From Vulcanimicrobiota bacterium (GTDB lineage Bacteria > Vulcanimicrobiota > Xenobia > Xenobiales > JADMJV01), in the NCBI GenBank assembly GCA_050250895.1, contig JBFWNU010000004.1, positions 270,934 through 334,933 on the forward strand: a DNA stretch of 64,000 nt, given 5' to 3'. The notes beneath the pieces were generated by a model, which saw nothing but the letters and a program-made list of their open reading frames with translations, was not told the origin of the DNA and ran no database searches. Made by a program: the position numbers and the translations under genes. The stretch's first letter is position 1, and each line of letters opens with the position of its first letter. Positions 28,547-38,218 of this stretch are shown one piece after another.

Positions 28547-29255
28547 CCCGGGCCGCTTCCCATTGAGCCAGAAAGGCCGCGACCGTCTCGGTCGACTGGC
28601 CTTCTGGCTCGAGGTCGGCCGGAAACGGCTTGTCTTCTCGCAAGCAAGCCAGCATCTCGGAAAGCCGGTTGGCGGCCACCGTCATCTCGGCCACCGAACG
28701 GTTGACCACGCTCTTGAGGTAGTTGAAAAAGACCACCGCGCCGATGGCCACAAATAGACCCATAGCGGTGGCTACCAGGGCTTCGGCGACGCCGGCCGAG
28801 ACCACTTCGACCCCGGCCTGGCCTTGCTTGGCCACATCCGAAAAGGTCTTCATGATGCCGACCACCGTACCGAAGAGGCCGATGAAGGGAGCGATGACGG
28901 CCACCGTGCCCAGGACGGGCAGGCCCCGCTCGAGCAGCAGCTTCTCTTCGGCCACCTGGTTGCCCATGGCCAACTCGAGGTCCTCAGAGCGGTCGTTGGG
29001 GCGATTGAGACCCACCACGTAGACCCGGCTCAGACTGCTCCCCAGCTGGGCCATGAACTGCCGGGCTGCTTCGAGCTTCTTCTGGACCAGCAGGTGATAG
29101 AGCTGGGCGTGCAGCCAGGCCGGCTCGAAGAGAGCGGTGCGATAAAAGCCGTGGCGCTCCCAGATGATGGCCACCATTCCCACCGAACACAGCAGCAGAG
29201 CCGCCAAAGTGGCAAAGCCCACGGGGGAAAGGTCGGATAGCACGCTCACGGGCAT
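28536..29255 (-). CDS. MotA/TolQ/ExbB proton channel protein
   Basis: LGTVAVIAPFIGLFGTVVGIM, GVAEALVATAMGLFVAI. Confidence 0.93.
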   Translation of the reverse strand: MPVSVLSDLSPVGFATLAALLLCSVGMVAIIWERHGFYRTALFEPAWLHAQLYHLLVQKKLEAARQFMAQLGSSLSRVYVVGLNRPNDRSEDLELAMGNQVAEEKLLLERGLPVLGTVAVIAPFIGLFGTVVGIMKTFSDVAKQGQAGVEVVSAGVAEALVATAMGLFVAIGAVVFFNYLKSVVNRSVAEMTVAANRLSEMLACLREDKPFPADLEPEGQSTETVAAFLAQWEAARAKE

Positions 29256-29365
29256 TCCTTTCCCGTGGCCCTGGTTGGGTCCCTTCCCGCCTGTACACAA
29301 AACGGTAATAACAACTTCGCGGCGGCTGGCTATCGTAGGCCAAAGCACGCCAAGGAGAGTTAGAG

Positions 29366-30778
29366 TTGAACGTCACCCACGCCGCCCCGCGACCGCTGGT
29401 CGCCCGTAAGCCCGATCCCCTCGAGCCGCCTTCCATCGATAGCCGCGGCCAGCAGGCTTCGCCTCTCGAGCCCGACCCTTCGGGCTATCCCTACGAGACG
29501 TTCCCCGAAACCACCAATCCCCTCGACACCCACTGGGGTTTTGGCTGCTTCGAGAATCACTTCAACCAGATGCTCGAGCAGGCTGTGGTCGAGAAGTGGA
29601 GAGACCAGCAGAACCCTCTTCCTTCGCTGTTGTTCAAGTCGCTGATTGCGGCCGAGAGCGCCTTCGACCCGGTGGCCATCAGCCGCACCGGGGCGGCCGG
29701 CCTCACCCAGTTGACGCGGGGCACGGCCCAGGCTTTCGGTCTTTCCCTCACCCCCATTGACGAGCGCATGGTGCCGGCCAAAGCCCTCGGGGTCGGGGTG
29801 GCCGTGCTCGACGAAAAGTATACCGTGCTCAACAACCCACCGCTGGGCACCGATTGGGGCTCGAAAGTGGCCGAGAGCTACGAGAAATATGGTCGCCCCA
29901 GCGGACAAGCCATGTGGCAGCTAGCTCTGGCCGGCTACAACGGCGGCGCCAGTACGGTGATGCGAGCCATGGCCCGCGCCTATGACGCTGGCGTCGACCC
30001 CACCAGCTTCGCCAACCTGGTGGGCGACCGCAGCCAGCCCGAAAGCTCTTTCCTCTATCAGTCGGTCAAAGAGATCTACGGCGAGCACTCGGCCCTGTCG
30101 AAGTATCGCGAGATGGCCAACTATCCCGGCCGTGTGCTGGGCTATATGGATCGAGCCGAGCATCCGCTGCAGGGACTGAAGATCGTGGTTGACCCGGGCC
30201 ACGGTGGGCGCGACTCGGGCGCCGTCGGTCCCACCGGAAAACAAGAAAAGGACTGCACCCTGGGTATCTCGCTCAAACTGACCGAGAAGCTGCGTGGCCT
30301 GGGCGCCGAAGTGCGCATGACCCGCGAGACCGACCGCACCGTGGGCCCGCCCGATGGGTCCCATCGCGACGAACTGCAAGCGCGGGTCGACTTCGCCAAC
30401 AGCTGGCCGTCAAATCTGTTCGTCAGCGTCCACTGTAACTCTAACGAGAGCCCCAGCGCCCACGGCACCGAGGTCTACATTGCCCGGGGGGCCTCCCGGG
30501 CCTCGCAAGAGATGGCCCGCGAAATCCACCGCGACATGGTCGATCAGACCGGCCTGCGCGGTCGCGGAGTGAGCCGGGCCGACTTCTATGTCATCAAAAA
30601 CACCACCATGCCAGCAGTGCTCATCGAGACAGCCTTTATCTCCAATCCCACCGAAGAGGCCCTGCTGGCCGACAGCAACTTTCAGCAACGCACCGCTGAC
30701 TCGATCGCCTCGGGCCTGGTAAAGTTCCACCACGCTCAGACCGAAGAGTGCTGCCAGCCCGAGTTCCTGATGACTTAA
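29366..30778 (+). CDS. Lytic transglycosylase (SLT) fused to N-acetylmuramoyl-L-alanine amidase (Amidase_3)
   Basis: AESAFDP, GAAGLTQL, AGYNGG; VDPGHGGRDSGA, EK, FVSVHCNS, VLIETAFISN. Confidence 0.93.
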   Translation: MNVTHAAPRPLVARKPDPLEPPSIDSRGQQASPLEPDPSGYPYETFPETTNPLDTHWGFGCFENHFNQMLEQAVVEKWRDQQNPLPSLLFKSLIAAESAFDPVAISRTGAAGLTQLTRGTAQAFGLSLTPIDERMVPAKALGVGVAVLDEKYTVLNNPPLGTDWGSKVAESYEKYGRPSGQAMWQLALAGYNGGASTVMRAMARAYDAGVDPTSFANLVGDRSQPESSFLYQSVKEIYGEHSALSKYREMANYPGRVLGYMDRAEHPLQGLKIVVDPGHGGRDSGAVGPTGKQEKDCTLGISLKLTEKLRGLGAEVRMTRETDRTVGPPDGSHRDELQARVDFANSWPSNLFVSVHCNSNESPSAHGTEVYIARGASRASQEMAREIHRDMVDQTGLRGRGVSRADFYVIKNTTMPAVLIETAFISNPTEEALLADSNFQQRTADSIASGLVKFHHAQTEECCQPEFLMT

Positions 30779-30817
30779 GGCGGAAGGTCCGCCAATTCTC
30801 CGCACGAAAGGGAGAAT

Positions 30818-32011
30818 ATGGCCCCAGCCCCTAATCCCGTCTTCGATTTCCACCGCGAAGTCCTGGAAGGGGCTCCCCAAGCCATTCTGGTGGTGGATGA
30901 ACAGGGTGTGCTGCAGTTCGTGAACCGGGCTGCCGAGGGTCTGTTCGGCTACGAGACGCACGCGCTGGCTGGGCGCCCCGTGACCGACGTCCTTCCTCTT
31001 TGGTTCGGGCTTCCGCTGCGGGGGGTCGGTGACGATACCGTCGGTCGTGATGTGGACGGCGCCGAAGTCATGGTCCAGGTCAAGGTCCGTCTGCTGGCCA
31101 CCGCCCTTGGCCCGGTGGCTGTCGCCAGCCTGCGAGATGTCACTCGCGAACGGGCCCAGGTCCGAGACCTACGCTCTCAGCGCAAAGAGTTGCGGCAGCA
31201 GGTCAACGATCTCGACCAGGCTCGCGGTGCGGCGCAGTCGCAACTCAAGGCCGCAGCCCGCGTGCTGGAGAGCTATCTGCCCGAGCGACCGCCGCGGCCT
31301 CTGCCTATCGATGTCTATTGGGCCTTCGAACCGTGCGAGACCCTGGGTGGGGATATGCTCGTTTTTCATCCAATCGACGAGTATCGTTATATGCTCGGCG
31401 TCCTGGACGTGTCTGGCCACGGCCCCGCCGCCTCTTTGCTCTCGGTGAGCCTGGCCAAGAGCCTCTCGCCAGAACTGGGCCAGGGCGGTCTCGTGCGGGG
31501 GCGCGACGGCAATTTGCGCGCCCCCCACGAAGTCGTATCGCGACTCAATCGGGGCTTTCGAACGTTCTTCGAGGCGGGCCTCTTCGTCACTGCAATCTAT
31601 GGAATACTCGACCTGCCCAACCGGCGTCTGGACTATATCTGCGCGGGCCACCCCCATCCTCTGTTGCGGCGGCAGGGCCGGACATGCGCGGTGGCTGGTC
31701 CGATCGGCCCTCCCCTGGGGATCGAGCCCAAAGCCAGGTATCAGCCGACTTCGTTGGTACTGGTCGAGGGTGACCAATTGTTCTTCTACACCGACGGGGT
31801 CACCGAGACCCGCAGTCCTAACCGCGACTTCTTCGGAGAAGACGGCCTGGCTGCCAGGCTCACGGGTTCTGGGTCCGCCCCGGTCAAACAGGTCGTGGAC
31901 GGCCTGCTCCTGGAACTGGCCAACTTCCGCGGGGGCCAGGCGCCAACCGATGACGTGGCCATCCTGGCGTTCGGAGTGCCCTACCCGGAGCCAGAATCCC
32001 TACCGACGTAA
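30818..32011 (+). CDS. PAS + PP2C/SpoIIE (RsbU-like) phosphatase
   Basis: N-terminal PAS; GGD, DVSGHG, AGHP, YTDGVTE, DD. Confidence 0.93.
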   Translation: MAPAPNPVFDFHREVLEGAPQAILVVDEQGVLQFVNRAAEGLFGYETHALAGRPVTDVLPLWFGLPLRGVGDDTVGRDVDGAEVMVQVKVRLLATALGPVAVASLRDVTRERAQVRDLRSQRKELRQQVNDLDQARGAAQSQLKAAARVLESYLPERPPRPLPIDVYWAFEPCETLGGDMLVFHPIDEYRYMLGVLDVSGHGPAASLLSVSLAKSLSPELGQGGLVRGRDGNLRAPHEVVSRLNRGFRTFFEAGLFVTAIYGILDLPNRRLDYICAGHPHPLLRRQGRTCAVAGPIGPPLGIEPKARYQPTSLVLVEGDQLFFYTDGVTETRSPNRDFFGEDGLAARLTGSGSAPVKQVVDGLLLELANFRGGQAPTDDVAILAFGVPYPEPESLPT

Positions 32012-32062
32012 CCTTCACGAATCCGCAACAAATCTCGCCCAGACGCATAGCATGCTGTGGCC

Positions 32063-32476
32063 ATGAGCCTTCACATCGTGCCCAAGACTTTCGATCCCAA
32101 GGCCCACACCGGGGTGCCGGCGGGGCAGACTTATGACGGGACTCGGCTGGCCCAGCGGGCGGCCGTGCGGGTGGAGCACAAGGTCGACACCACCACGCTC
32201 ACCCTGAGAGAACTCGACAACGGGGAACTCGATCTAGATCCGTCCCCGGGCGTGGTCAAGGTGGACACGAGGCTCAATTTCCAACCCATCAAGGCCGAGT
32301 TGCGCTACGACCCCGGGAGTGGTCAGGCCAACGCTATGGACGCCGAATGGGGCGGCGACCACCTGCGCTTTCGCGACAACCCGCGCTTTCGTATCTATCA
32401 GTGGGATGACGCCGGCCAGCACCGCAAGATCACCGAAGAGAAGGCGACCGGGACCCTGACCGTCTTTCAGGGTTGA
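32063..32476 (+). CDS. Hypothetical protein
   Basis: Clean ORF in gap with -10-like box 6 nt upstream. Confidence 0.65.
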   Translation: MSLHIVPKTFDPKAHTGVPAGQTYDGTRLAQRAAVRVEHKVDTTTLTLRELDNGELDLDPSPGVVKVDTRLNFQPIKAELRYDPGSGQANAMDAEWGGDHLRFRDNPRFRIYQWDDAGQHRKITEEKATGTLTVFQG

Positions 32477-32555
32477 AACTGCGACTGAATCCGGCCGTGA
32501 GCCGGAAATGCTCGAAACTCTTGTCGAACCCGCCTCGGCGCGGTAACATCCTTAT

Positions 32556-34442
32556 ATGCAGATTCGACCTGGCGTGGGGCTACCAGTTCAACGGGCCGCG
32601 ATGCCCGCTCCCCCGCCCAGCCTGGGCAATCATCCGCTAGGGGTCGATTCCAACCGCGCCCGACTGTTTGACGGGGCTGGTCGCAGCAAGCCTTTTCCCA
32701 CCGACGGCTCGGTCTTTGCCATCGGTCGCGAAGACAGCTGTGCCGTGGTCATCGAGCACGAAAGGGTCAGCCGCCAACACGCCTACGGATGCTGGCAAAA
32801 CGGACAGCTTTGGATCCGTGATAACAGCACCAACGGCACCAGCATCGACGGCGAGCGCATTCCCAAGGGGGAATGGAAAGCCATGCCTGAAGGGGCCAGC
32901 CTCGATTTCGCCGGCATGGCCCAGGTGCGACTCGGGGTGGCCGGGTCCCACACCGTTCAGGCTCGCCTCGACCAGCTTCTACCCTCGCTGCCCGACCAGC
33001 ACCTGCGCCTGGCCGATGGCCGGGTGCTCGAGTTGCCCCTCGACGGCTCGCCTATGTCCGTGGGGCGGGATCCCAGATCCGACGTCCACCTGCCCTCGTC
33101 GCGAACCAGTTCCAAACACGCTCAGTTGCGCTGGCACCAGGGCAGCCTCGAAGTGTTAGACTCGGGTTCGACCAACGGCACCACGATCAACGGCCAGCCT
33201 ATCCCCAGGGATATCTGGGTCAAAGTCGGCTCGGGCAGCCGGCTCGGTTTCGGGCCTTCCGAGCGCTCGGCGGTGACGGTCGAGTCCAAGAACGCTCCTC
33301 TGCTGGTTACCTTCTTTGGCGACGGCTCGGTGCCCGATATCGGGGGCCAGGTCAAAGCTCAGCCGCGTCGCTTCGAAAGGGCTTTTGCCAACCATCGCGC
33401 TCCGGCCATGTTGCGAGGAGCCATAGCCCAGGGCAATCTGCTCAAAGACCTGGGCATGACCAGCCTCCCGCTGATGTTTGGCGCCTCGGCCGTGGCCGGA
33501 TTGGCGGCCATCGGGGCGGCCGGGGCAGGTCTTTTGGCCGGCTCGGTAGCGCTCGCCCCGTTGGGAGTGTGCGGCCTGGCTCTGGCCGCCGCTGGCGGTT
33601 TCGGAGCAAAAATGACTCGCCACTTCCTGGGCGCCGGAGTTGCCGCTATCAAAGACAAGCTCAAGCCGCAGCCCCATGTCGGAACCTGGCAGAACGTGCA
33701 GCACCACCTGATTTCAGCCGGCCCGAGTTCGAGCCAGTTCAACCGCCTCTGGCAAGAGAACATCCAGGCCTATCCCCAGGCGCGCCATGTGGTCTTCATC
33801 TCGGGCCACGGCAATCAATCCGGCGCCGCCGGTCTGAAGTTTTCCGAAGTCGGGGCCACCGTCCGAGGCGCCGAAGCCATCTTCCTCGACAGCTGCAACG
33901 GGGCCCAACTCGAGTCCTTGACCAAACTGGCGGACTCGGCCAGAGTGGCGGTCGCCTCTGAGCATCCCGTGCGTGGCTATGGCTTTCCCCTCGACGCCAT
34001 GTTTGGCCGCTCTCAATTTCCCTCAAACCCCCGGGACCTGGGGGCGGCGCTGGTCCAGTCGGCCCATCAGAGCATGCCAGCCGAGTCGCTGGTGGCGGTC
34101 GATCTGCATGTCATGAAGGAGCAGCTGATGCCGGCTCTCGACGGCCTGGGTCAGAGCCTCCTGGCGCTGCGTAAAGCCGGCCACGGTAAAGCCATCCGCC
34201 AGGCCCTCAAAGAGAGCCTGATGCCCCAAAAGGGTTTCATGGGCAAAAGCATCGACCTGGGCAGTTTCCTTGCCAACTTGAGCAAGCATCCTCAGTTGCG
34301 ATCTCAGGAACTGGTGGCCTCGCTGACGGCCTTCGACCGCACCGTTCTGACCGCCGTCGGCCACGGAACCATCTCCTTTGATCCCAAGCCCGGCCACGAC
34401 ATGCCACCGAACTGGCGTAAGATGCTGGCCAAACTGGCCTAA
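32556..34442 (+). CDS. Tandem FHA domains + hydrophobic hairpin + clostripain-like (C11, clan CD) domain
   Basis: GR...SRQHA...STNGT and GR...SSKHA...STNGT; FISGHG, FLDSC, VASE. Confidence 0.8.
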   Translation: MQIRPGVGLPVQRAAMPAPPPSLGNHPLGVDSNRARLFDGAGRSKPFPTDGSVFAIGREDSCAVVIEHERVSRQHAYGCWQNGQLWIRDNSTNGTSIDGERIPKGEWKAMPEGASLDFAGMAQVRLGVAGSHTVQARLDQLLPSLPDQHLRLADGRVLELPLDGSPMSVGRDPRSDVHLPSSRTSSKHAQLRWHQGSLEVLDSGSTNGTTINGQPIPRDIWVKVGSGSRLGFGPSERSAVTVESKNAPLLVTFFGDGSVPDIGGQVKAQPRRFERAFANHRAPAMLRGAIAQGNLLKDLGMTSLPLMFGASAVAGLAAIGAAGAGLLAGSVALAPLGVCGLALAAAGGFGAKMTRHFLGAGVAAIKDKLKPQPHVGTWQNVQHHLISAGPSSSQFNRLWQENIQAYPQARHVVFISGHGNQSGAAGLKFSEVGATVRGAEAIFLDSCNGAQLESLTKLADSARVAVASEHPVRGYGFPLDAMFGRSQFPSNPRDLGAALVQSAHQSMPAESLVAVDLHVMKEQLMPALDGLGQSLLALRKAGHGKAIRQALKESLMPQKGFMGKSIDLGSFLANLSKHPQLRSQELVASLTAFDRTVLTAVGHGTISFDPKPGHDMPPNWRKMLAKLA

Positions 34443-35092
34443 CTCACCTGCTGCAGGGCGCCCCGATCCACCAGGCGCTTGATTTCAAGATTGTGCAGAT
34501 GGACCACCAGGTCTTCCAGGCCGTCGGGCGGCACCCGGGCGGGCTGGACCCCGGCCTCCTTGAGATGTTTCTGGTGCTCGCCCACCAGTTGGGCCAGGGG
34601 CAGATTCGGGTGATAGCGCACGCGGAAGTCCTCGGGGGGGTCAAAGCGCGGCGTCTCGCTGGTGGTGATGACCACCGTCTTTCCGTCGTCGCTGGTGGCC
34701 ATGAACCTGAAGACCCGCTCGCGCTCGACCCGAGCTGGAGGCTTGCCGGTCACGGTTGCGCGAATCTCGAGAAAACCTTCACGCCGCCCTTTCACCGTGG
34801 CTACCGAGATCGACTTGCTGGGCCCCTGCTGGGGGATAGTGTAAAAGAACTCGGGCTCGTAGCCTTCGCGAAGAGCAGCCTTCAGGCTCCGCTGCAGTTG
34901 CATCTGGAATTCTACGGGCAACTCTTGCTCGGGAAACTTCTGAATGCGCTCCATGCTCCCCAGGCGATAGCCGGTGTCGACCCCCTGCTTTCGCAACTTG
35001 CCGAACAGGGCGCGAAAGAAAAGCCCGCCTGGATAGAGCCGCCAAAGTTCTAGAGGACTCAGATTGACCGTGTTGATCCGATAGTAAGGCAT
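34439..35092 (-). CDS. Hypothetical protein
   Basis: 217-aa ORF with normal composition. Confidence 0.7.
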   Translation of the reverse strand: MPYYRINTVNLSPLELWRLYPGGLFFRALFGKLRKQGVDTGYRLGSMERIQKFPEQELPVEFQMQLQRSLKAALREGYEPEFFYTIPQQGPSKSISVATVKGRREGFLEIRATVTGKPPARVERERVFRFMATSDDGKTVVITTSETPRFDPPEDFRVRYHPNLPLAQLVGEHQKHLKEAGVQPARVPPDGLEDLVVHLHNLEIKRLVDRGALQQVS

Positions 35093-35164
35093 AAAACCCC
35101 CGTGTGTGACAGGGTTTTAGGCGAGCAGAGGGGCCTTCCTTCCTGAAAACGAAGTAACCACACG

Positions 35165-35485
35165 GTGAAGAGTCGCCTGCGAAAGTGCCTGTCCGTCTTT
35201 CTGCTTAGCCTCGCCTTTCTAGGTTATTGCGTGGATGTTCAATGCCTGTTGGCTGGCGATCTCTGCCAGCAGACCTGCCCGGACGAGTCGACCGACGCCT
35301 GTTCTCAGCCACTGGTCAGGTTGGTCAGCTGCAAGCCGGCGCTGGCCGTGCTCGGCCCCCTCATCAGCCACCGCCCCTCGCAGCCGGCGGCTTTAGTAAC
35401 CTGGGCCGGTCCGGCCGAGCCGCCGACGGCAACCAGCCCAAATCCGCGGGCCCGCCAGAACTGCCATCGCGGTCCTCCCGCCTGA
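35165..35485 (+). CDS. DUF2946-like small exported Cys-containing protein ending in RGPP
   Basis: Signal-like N-terminus, CQQTC, Pro-rich linker, C-terminal CHRGPPA*. Confidence 0.65.
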   Translation: MKSRLRKCLSVFLLSLAFLGYCVDVQCLLAGDLCQQTCPDESTDACSQPLVRLVSCKPALAVLGPLISHRPSQPAALVTWAGPAEPPTATSPNPRARQNCHRGPPA

Positions 35486-35535
35486 CGCGCTGCTTTATCC
35501 CCCGCTACGGCCGTTCACGAAAGGAGGCTCACTCC

Positions 35536-36060
35536 GTGAACTGGGATTGTGCGCGTCGTTTGGGAGAGCATCTGCTCGACTCTTGCCCGACGACCACCCG
35601 ACAATGGCTTGAGGAATTTCTTTGTGCCGATGATTTGCGAACGCTTGAACGGGCCAGATTGATTCGCCTGTTCTACGGCTGTGCCAACACCCGGTTGTTA
35701 CCAAATCTGCTCTGGCAGACCTGGTTGCTGGTTCAGGTGGGAGCCCTGTCGGCCCCGGCGGACCTCAACGACTTGTGGACGCGCCAGGTCCGGCCTTTCT
35801 ATGTTCGCAACGGCTTCGGATTTCGGCTCGACAACCTGCCCGATAGGGCGGCCAGTATTCTCGGCATCCCTGCCAACGAACTGTTTCCGACCGAGACGCA
35901 ACTGGCCACCCAGATGCTAGAGTGGCTGCTCGAATTCCGCCAGCAGGGACTGCTGAGTAGCTTCTGCCTGTTTCGTCCGCCGGGCCAACGACTGGTCGAC
36001 GAGGCTCGCCTGCTGGTGTTGCTGCATAGCCAGCAGATGGCCGACCATAACCGGGGCTGA
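35536..36060 (+). CDS. Hypothetical protein
   Basis: AAGGAGG SD (35521-35527) 8 nt before GTG 35536. Confidence 0.6.
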   Translation: MNWDCARRLGEHLLDSCPTTTRQWLEEFLCADDLRTLERARLIRLFYGCANTRLLPNLLWQTWLLVQVGALSAPADLNDLWTRQVRPFYVRNGFGFRLDNLPDRAASILGIPANELFPTETQLATQMLEWLLEFRQQGLLSSFCLFRPPGQRLVDEARLLVLLHSQQMADHNRG

Positions 36061-36098
36061 GCGCAGGCCGGCAACCGTCGTAGCGAGAAAGTGGCCCG

Positions 36099-36992
36099 AT
36101 GGTTCTTGCGTTCGTGCACCCGCGAGCCGAAAACCGGCCAGGCTGGCTGGCGCTGCAGCAGTCACTGGCCGAGCACGGGGTCGAGGTGATCTGCCATCTC
36201 AGCCGCTGGGCCGGCCATACCCGCGAGTTGGCGCGAGAGCACCTGCCGCTGAAGGGCATCGCCCTGGCGGTGGGGGGCGACGGGACCTTTCACGAGCTGG
36301 TCAACGGCTGGCTCGATCAGGAAGCTCCCGGCCGGCCGCGCTTTCTGCCCATTCCCCATGGCACGGGCAACGATTTCATCCGGTCGGTCTGGCCCGGTCG
36401 CGAAGAGCAGTTGGTGAAAGCCATCGTCGAGCCCCGCGAGCGCGACTTCGACCTGGGAAAAATCACCTATCAAACTCCCCAGGGGCGGCGGTCCCGCTAC
36501 TTCCTGGTGGGTGCCACGGTGGGCTTCTCGGCCTCGGTGACCGAGTTCATGGGCAAGTTGCCCCGCATTCTGCCGGGCACCCCCCTCTATCTCTTCTCGC
36601 TGGTGGTCAGCTTGCTGACCTGGGTCAACCGCCGGGCTCGCTTCTCGGTGGACAGCCACGAGATCGAAAGCCACCGGTTCTTTAACCTGAACGTGGCCAA
36701 TGTGCGCCACTATGGCGGGGGTATGGTCTCGGCCCCGGCGGCGGTGGCCGACGACGGGCAACTCGACCCGGTCTTGATGGAACTCACGAAACTGGGCGTC
36801 ATCCGGGCCATGCCCGAGAATTATCGAGGTCGCTTCGAGCGCGTCTCGGGCGTGCGCCAGTTTCGCTGCAGCCGACTGGCTCTCGAGAGCCCTTTTCGCT
36901 TGCCGGTTCAAGCCGACGGCGAGTTTCTTGGCAGCACACCCATCGAGGTCGAGATTCTGCCCGGGGCTCTACCAGGACTCGAAGTGCCTTAG
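36099..36992 (+). CDS. Diacylglycerol/lipid kinase family protein (YegS/BmrU)
   Basis: VGGDGTFHELVNG, PHGTGNDF, YGGG, QADGE. Confidence 0.92.
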   Translation: MVLAFVHPRAENRPGWLALQQSLAEHGVEVICHLSRWAGHTRELAREHLPLKGIALAVGGDGTFHELVNGWLDQEAPGRPRFLPIPHGTGNDFIRSVWPGREEQLVKAIVEPRERDFDLGKITYQTPQGRRSRYFLVGATVGFSASVTEFMGKLPRILPGTPLYLFSLVVSLLTWVNRRARFSVDSHEIESHRFFNLNVANVRHYGGGMVSAPAAVADDGQLDPVLMELTKLGVIRAMPENYRGRFERVSGVRQFRCSRLALESPFRLPVQADGEFLGSTPIEVEILPGALPGLEVP

Positions 36993-38161
36993 CCGGGTCG
37001 AAAGCGCCAGGCCAGCCACCACAGGACAGCCAGCGGCACCAGCCAGAAAAGGTGAAAGCCCCAGCGCCAGTGGGGCCCGACCAGCTCGGGCCAATCCTCC
37101 GAGACAGGAGGATGGTCAGTCCATGACACGGCCGTGCGACTCCAAATCAAAAGGGCGTCGGCCACCGGCATGACGCCGAAGAGATAGCGCCCCCGCCCGG
37201 CCACTCCGAAGGTGTCGATGAGTTGCCCCAGGCAGCGTTCGGTTGGTCGATCCCCGTAGAGTCGGGCCGGCCCCGGTCCCACTCCGGTCGAGGAGAAGGA
37301 GAAGCCGAAGACCAGCGGGCCCGAATCGACATCCCCTGGCCCGTGCTGCCCGATGGGATATTCACGCACGCCGGGCAGGCCCAGGCGGGTGGTCAGGTAG
37401 CGCTGGCGAAAACGGCGGTAGTGCTCCCCGCCCGCCTCGGGGTCGATGTCGTGAAGAAAACGCAGGATCATCACCTGGGAAGTGCCTCGCGGCGGGGCCA
37501 CCGCGGGCTTGACCTGGTGCGGCAAGAGGCCTTCGATGGTCTGTTGGTGGATGGCCTCGAGCCAGGACGCGATGGTGGTCTGGTAGCGGGGAGGATAGAG
37601 ATGATCGTGGAGAGCCAGGCTGGCCACGGCCACGGTGCTGTCGCAGGGCCAGGCCTGGCCAGGATAGGCTTCGAGAAAGGGAGCGCCAGCGAAGGCCTCG
37701 GCCAGCGCCTGACAATCGGTATCGAATCTCGCTTTCTCGGGCCCGCCCCGGTCAAGCTTGAGAATGCCTCCCCGTAGCCAGTTGCTCCAGCCCACATAGA
37801 AAACCCCATAGGGAGGGTTCTGCTCGGGTGCAAAGGCCTGGCGGCCCTGGTCAGACTCGAGGCGCTCGAGCGCCCAGCGCGCTTCGGCCAGAGCCCGCGC
37901 CTCGAATTCGGGGTGGGCCACGGCCAAATCCACCCAGCTGGCCCCATAGAGGCAATAGCAGAAGAAATAGCCCTCGGGAAAGAGCTGCTGCATGCGCTCG
38001 CCAGCGCCAGCTTCGAGTTGCCCTCGGAGATGGTCGAGATAGGGCACGATGGCCTCAGGTGACGAGCTGGGGTCACGATAGAGCCTCGCGTTGAGCGCCA
38101 GCCCAGCCAGACTGGCCAGAGCCAGCGCCAGCACGGCTGTACCCCAGATTGCCCGCTTCAT
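36989..38161 (-). CDS. Membrane-anchored hypothetical protein, linalool dehydratase/isomerase-like alpha-toroid
   Basis: FPEGYFF, LEAYPGQAWPCD, REYP...GDVDSGP; N- and C-terminal TM. Confidence 0.6.
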   Translation of the reverse strand: MKRAIWGTAVLALALASLAGLALNARLYRDPSSSPEAIVPYLDHLRGQLEAGAGERMQQLFPEGYFFCYCLYGASWVDLAVAHPEFEARALAEARWALERLESDQGRQAFAPEQNPPYGVFYVGWSNWLRGGILKLDRGGPEKARFDTDCQALAEAFAGAPFLEAYPGQAWPCDSTVAVASLALHDHLYPPRYQTTIASWLEAIHQQTIEGLLPHQVKPAVAPPRGTSQVMILRFLHDIDPEAGGEHYRRFRQRYLTTRLGLPGVREYPIGQHGPGDVDSGPLVFGFSFSSTGVGPGPARLYGDRPTERCLGQLIDTFGVAGRGRYLFGVMPVADALLIWSRTAVSWTDHPPVSEDWPELVGPHWRWGFHLFWLVPLAVLWWLAWRFRPG

Positions 38162-38218
38162 TGCAGAAGTTTACAACTTTCCAAACCTTGTTCCAATCTG
38201 GCCAGCTATGCTTAGGGC

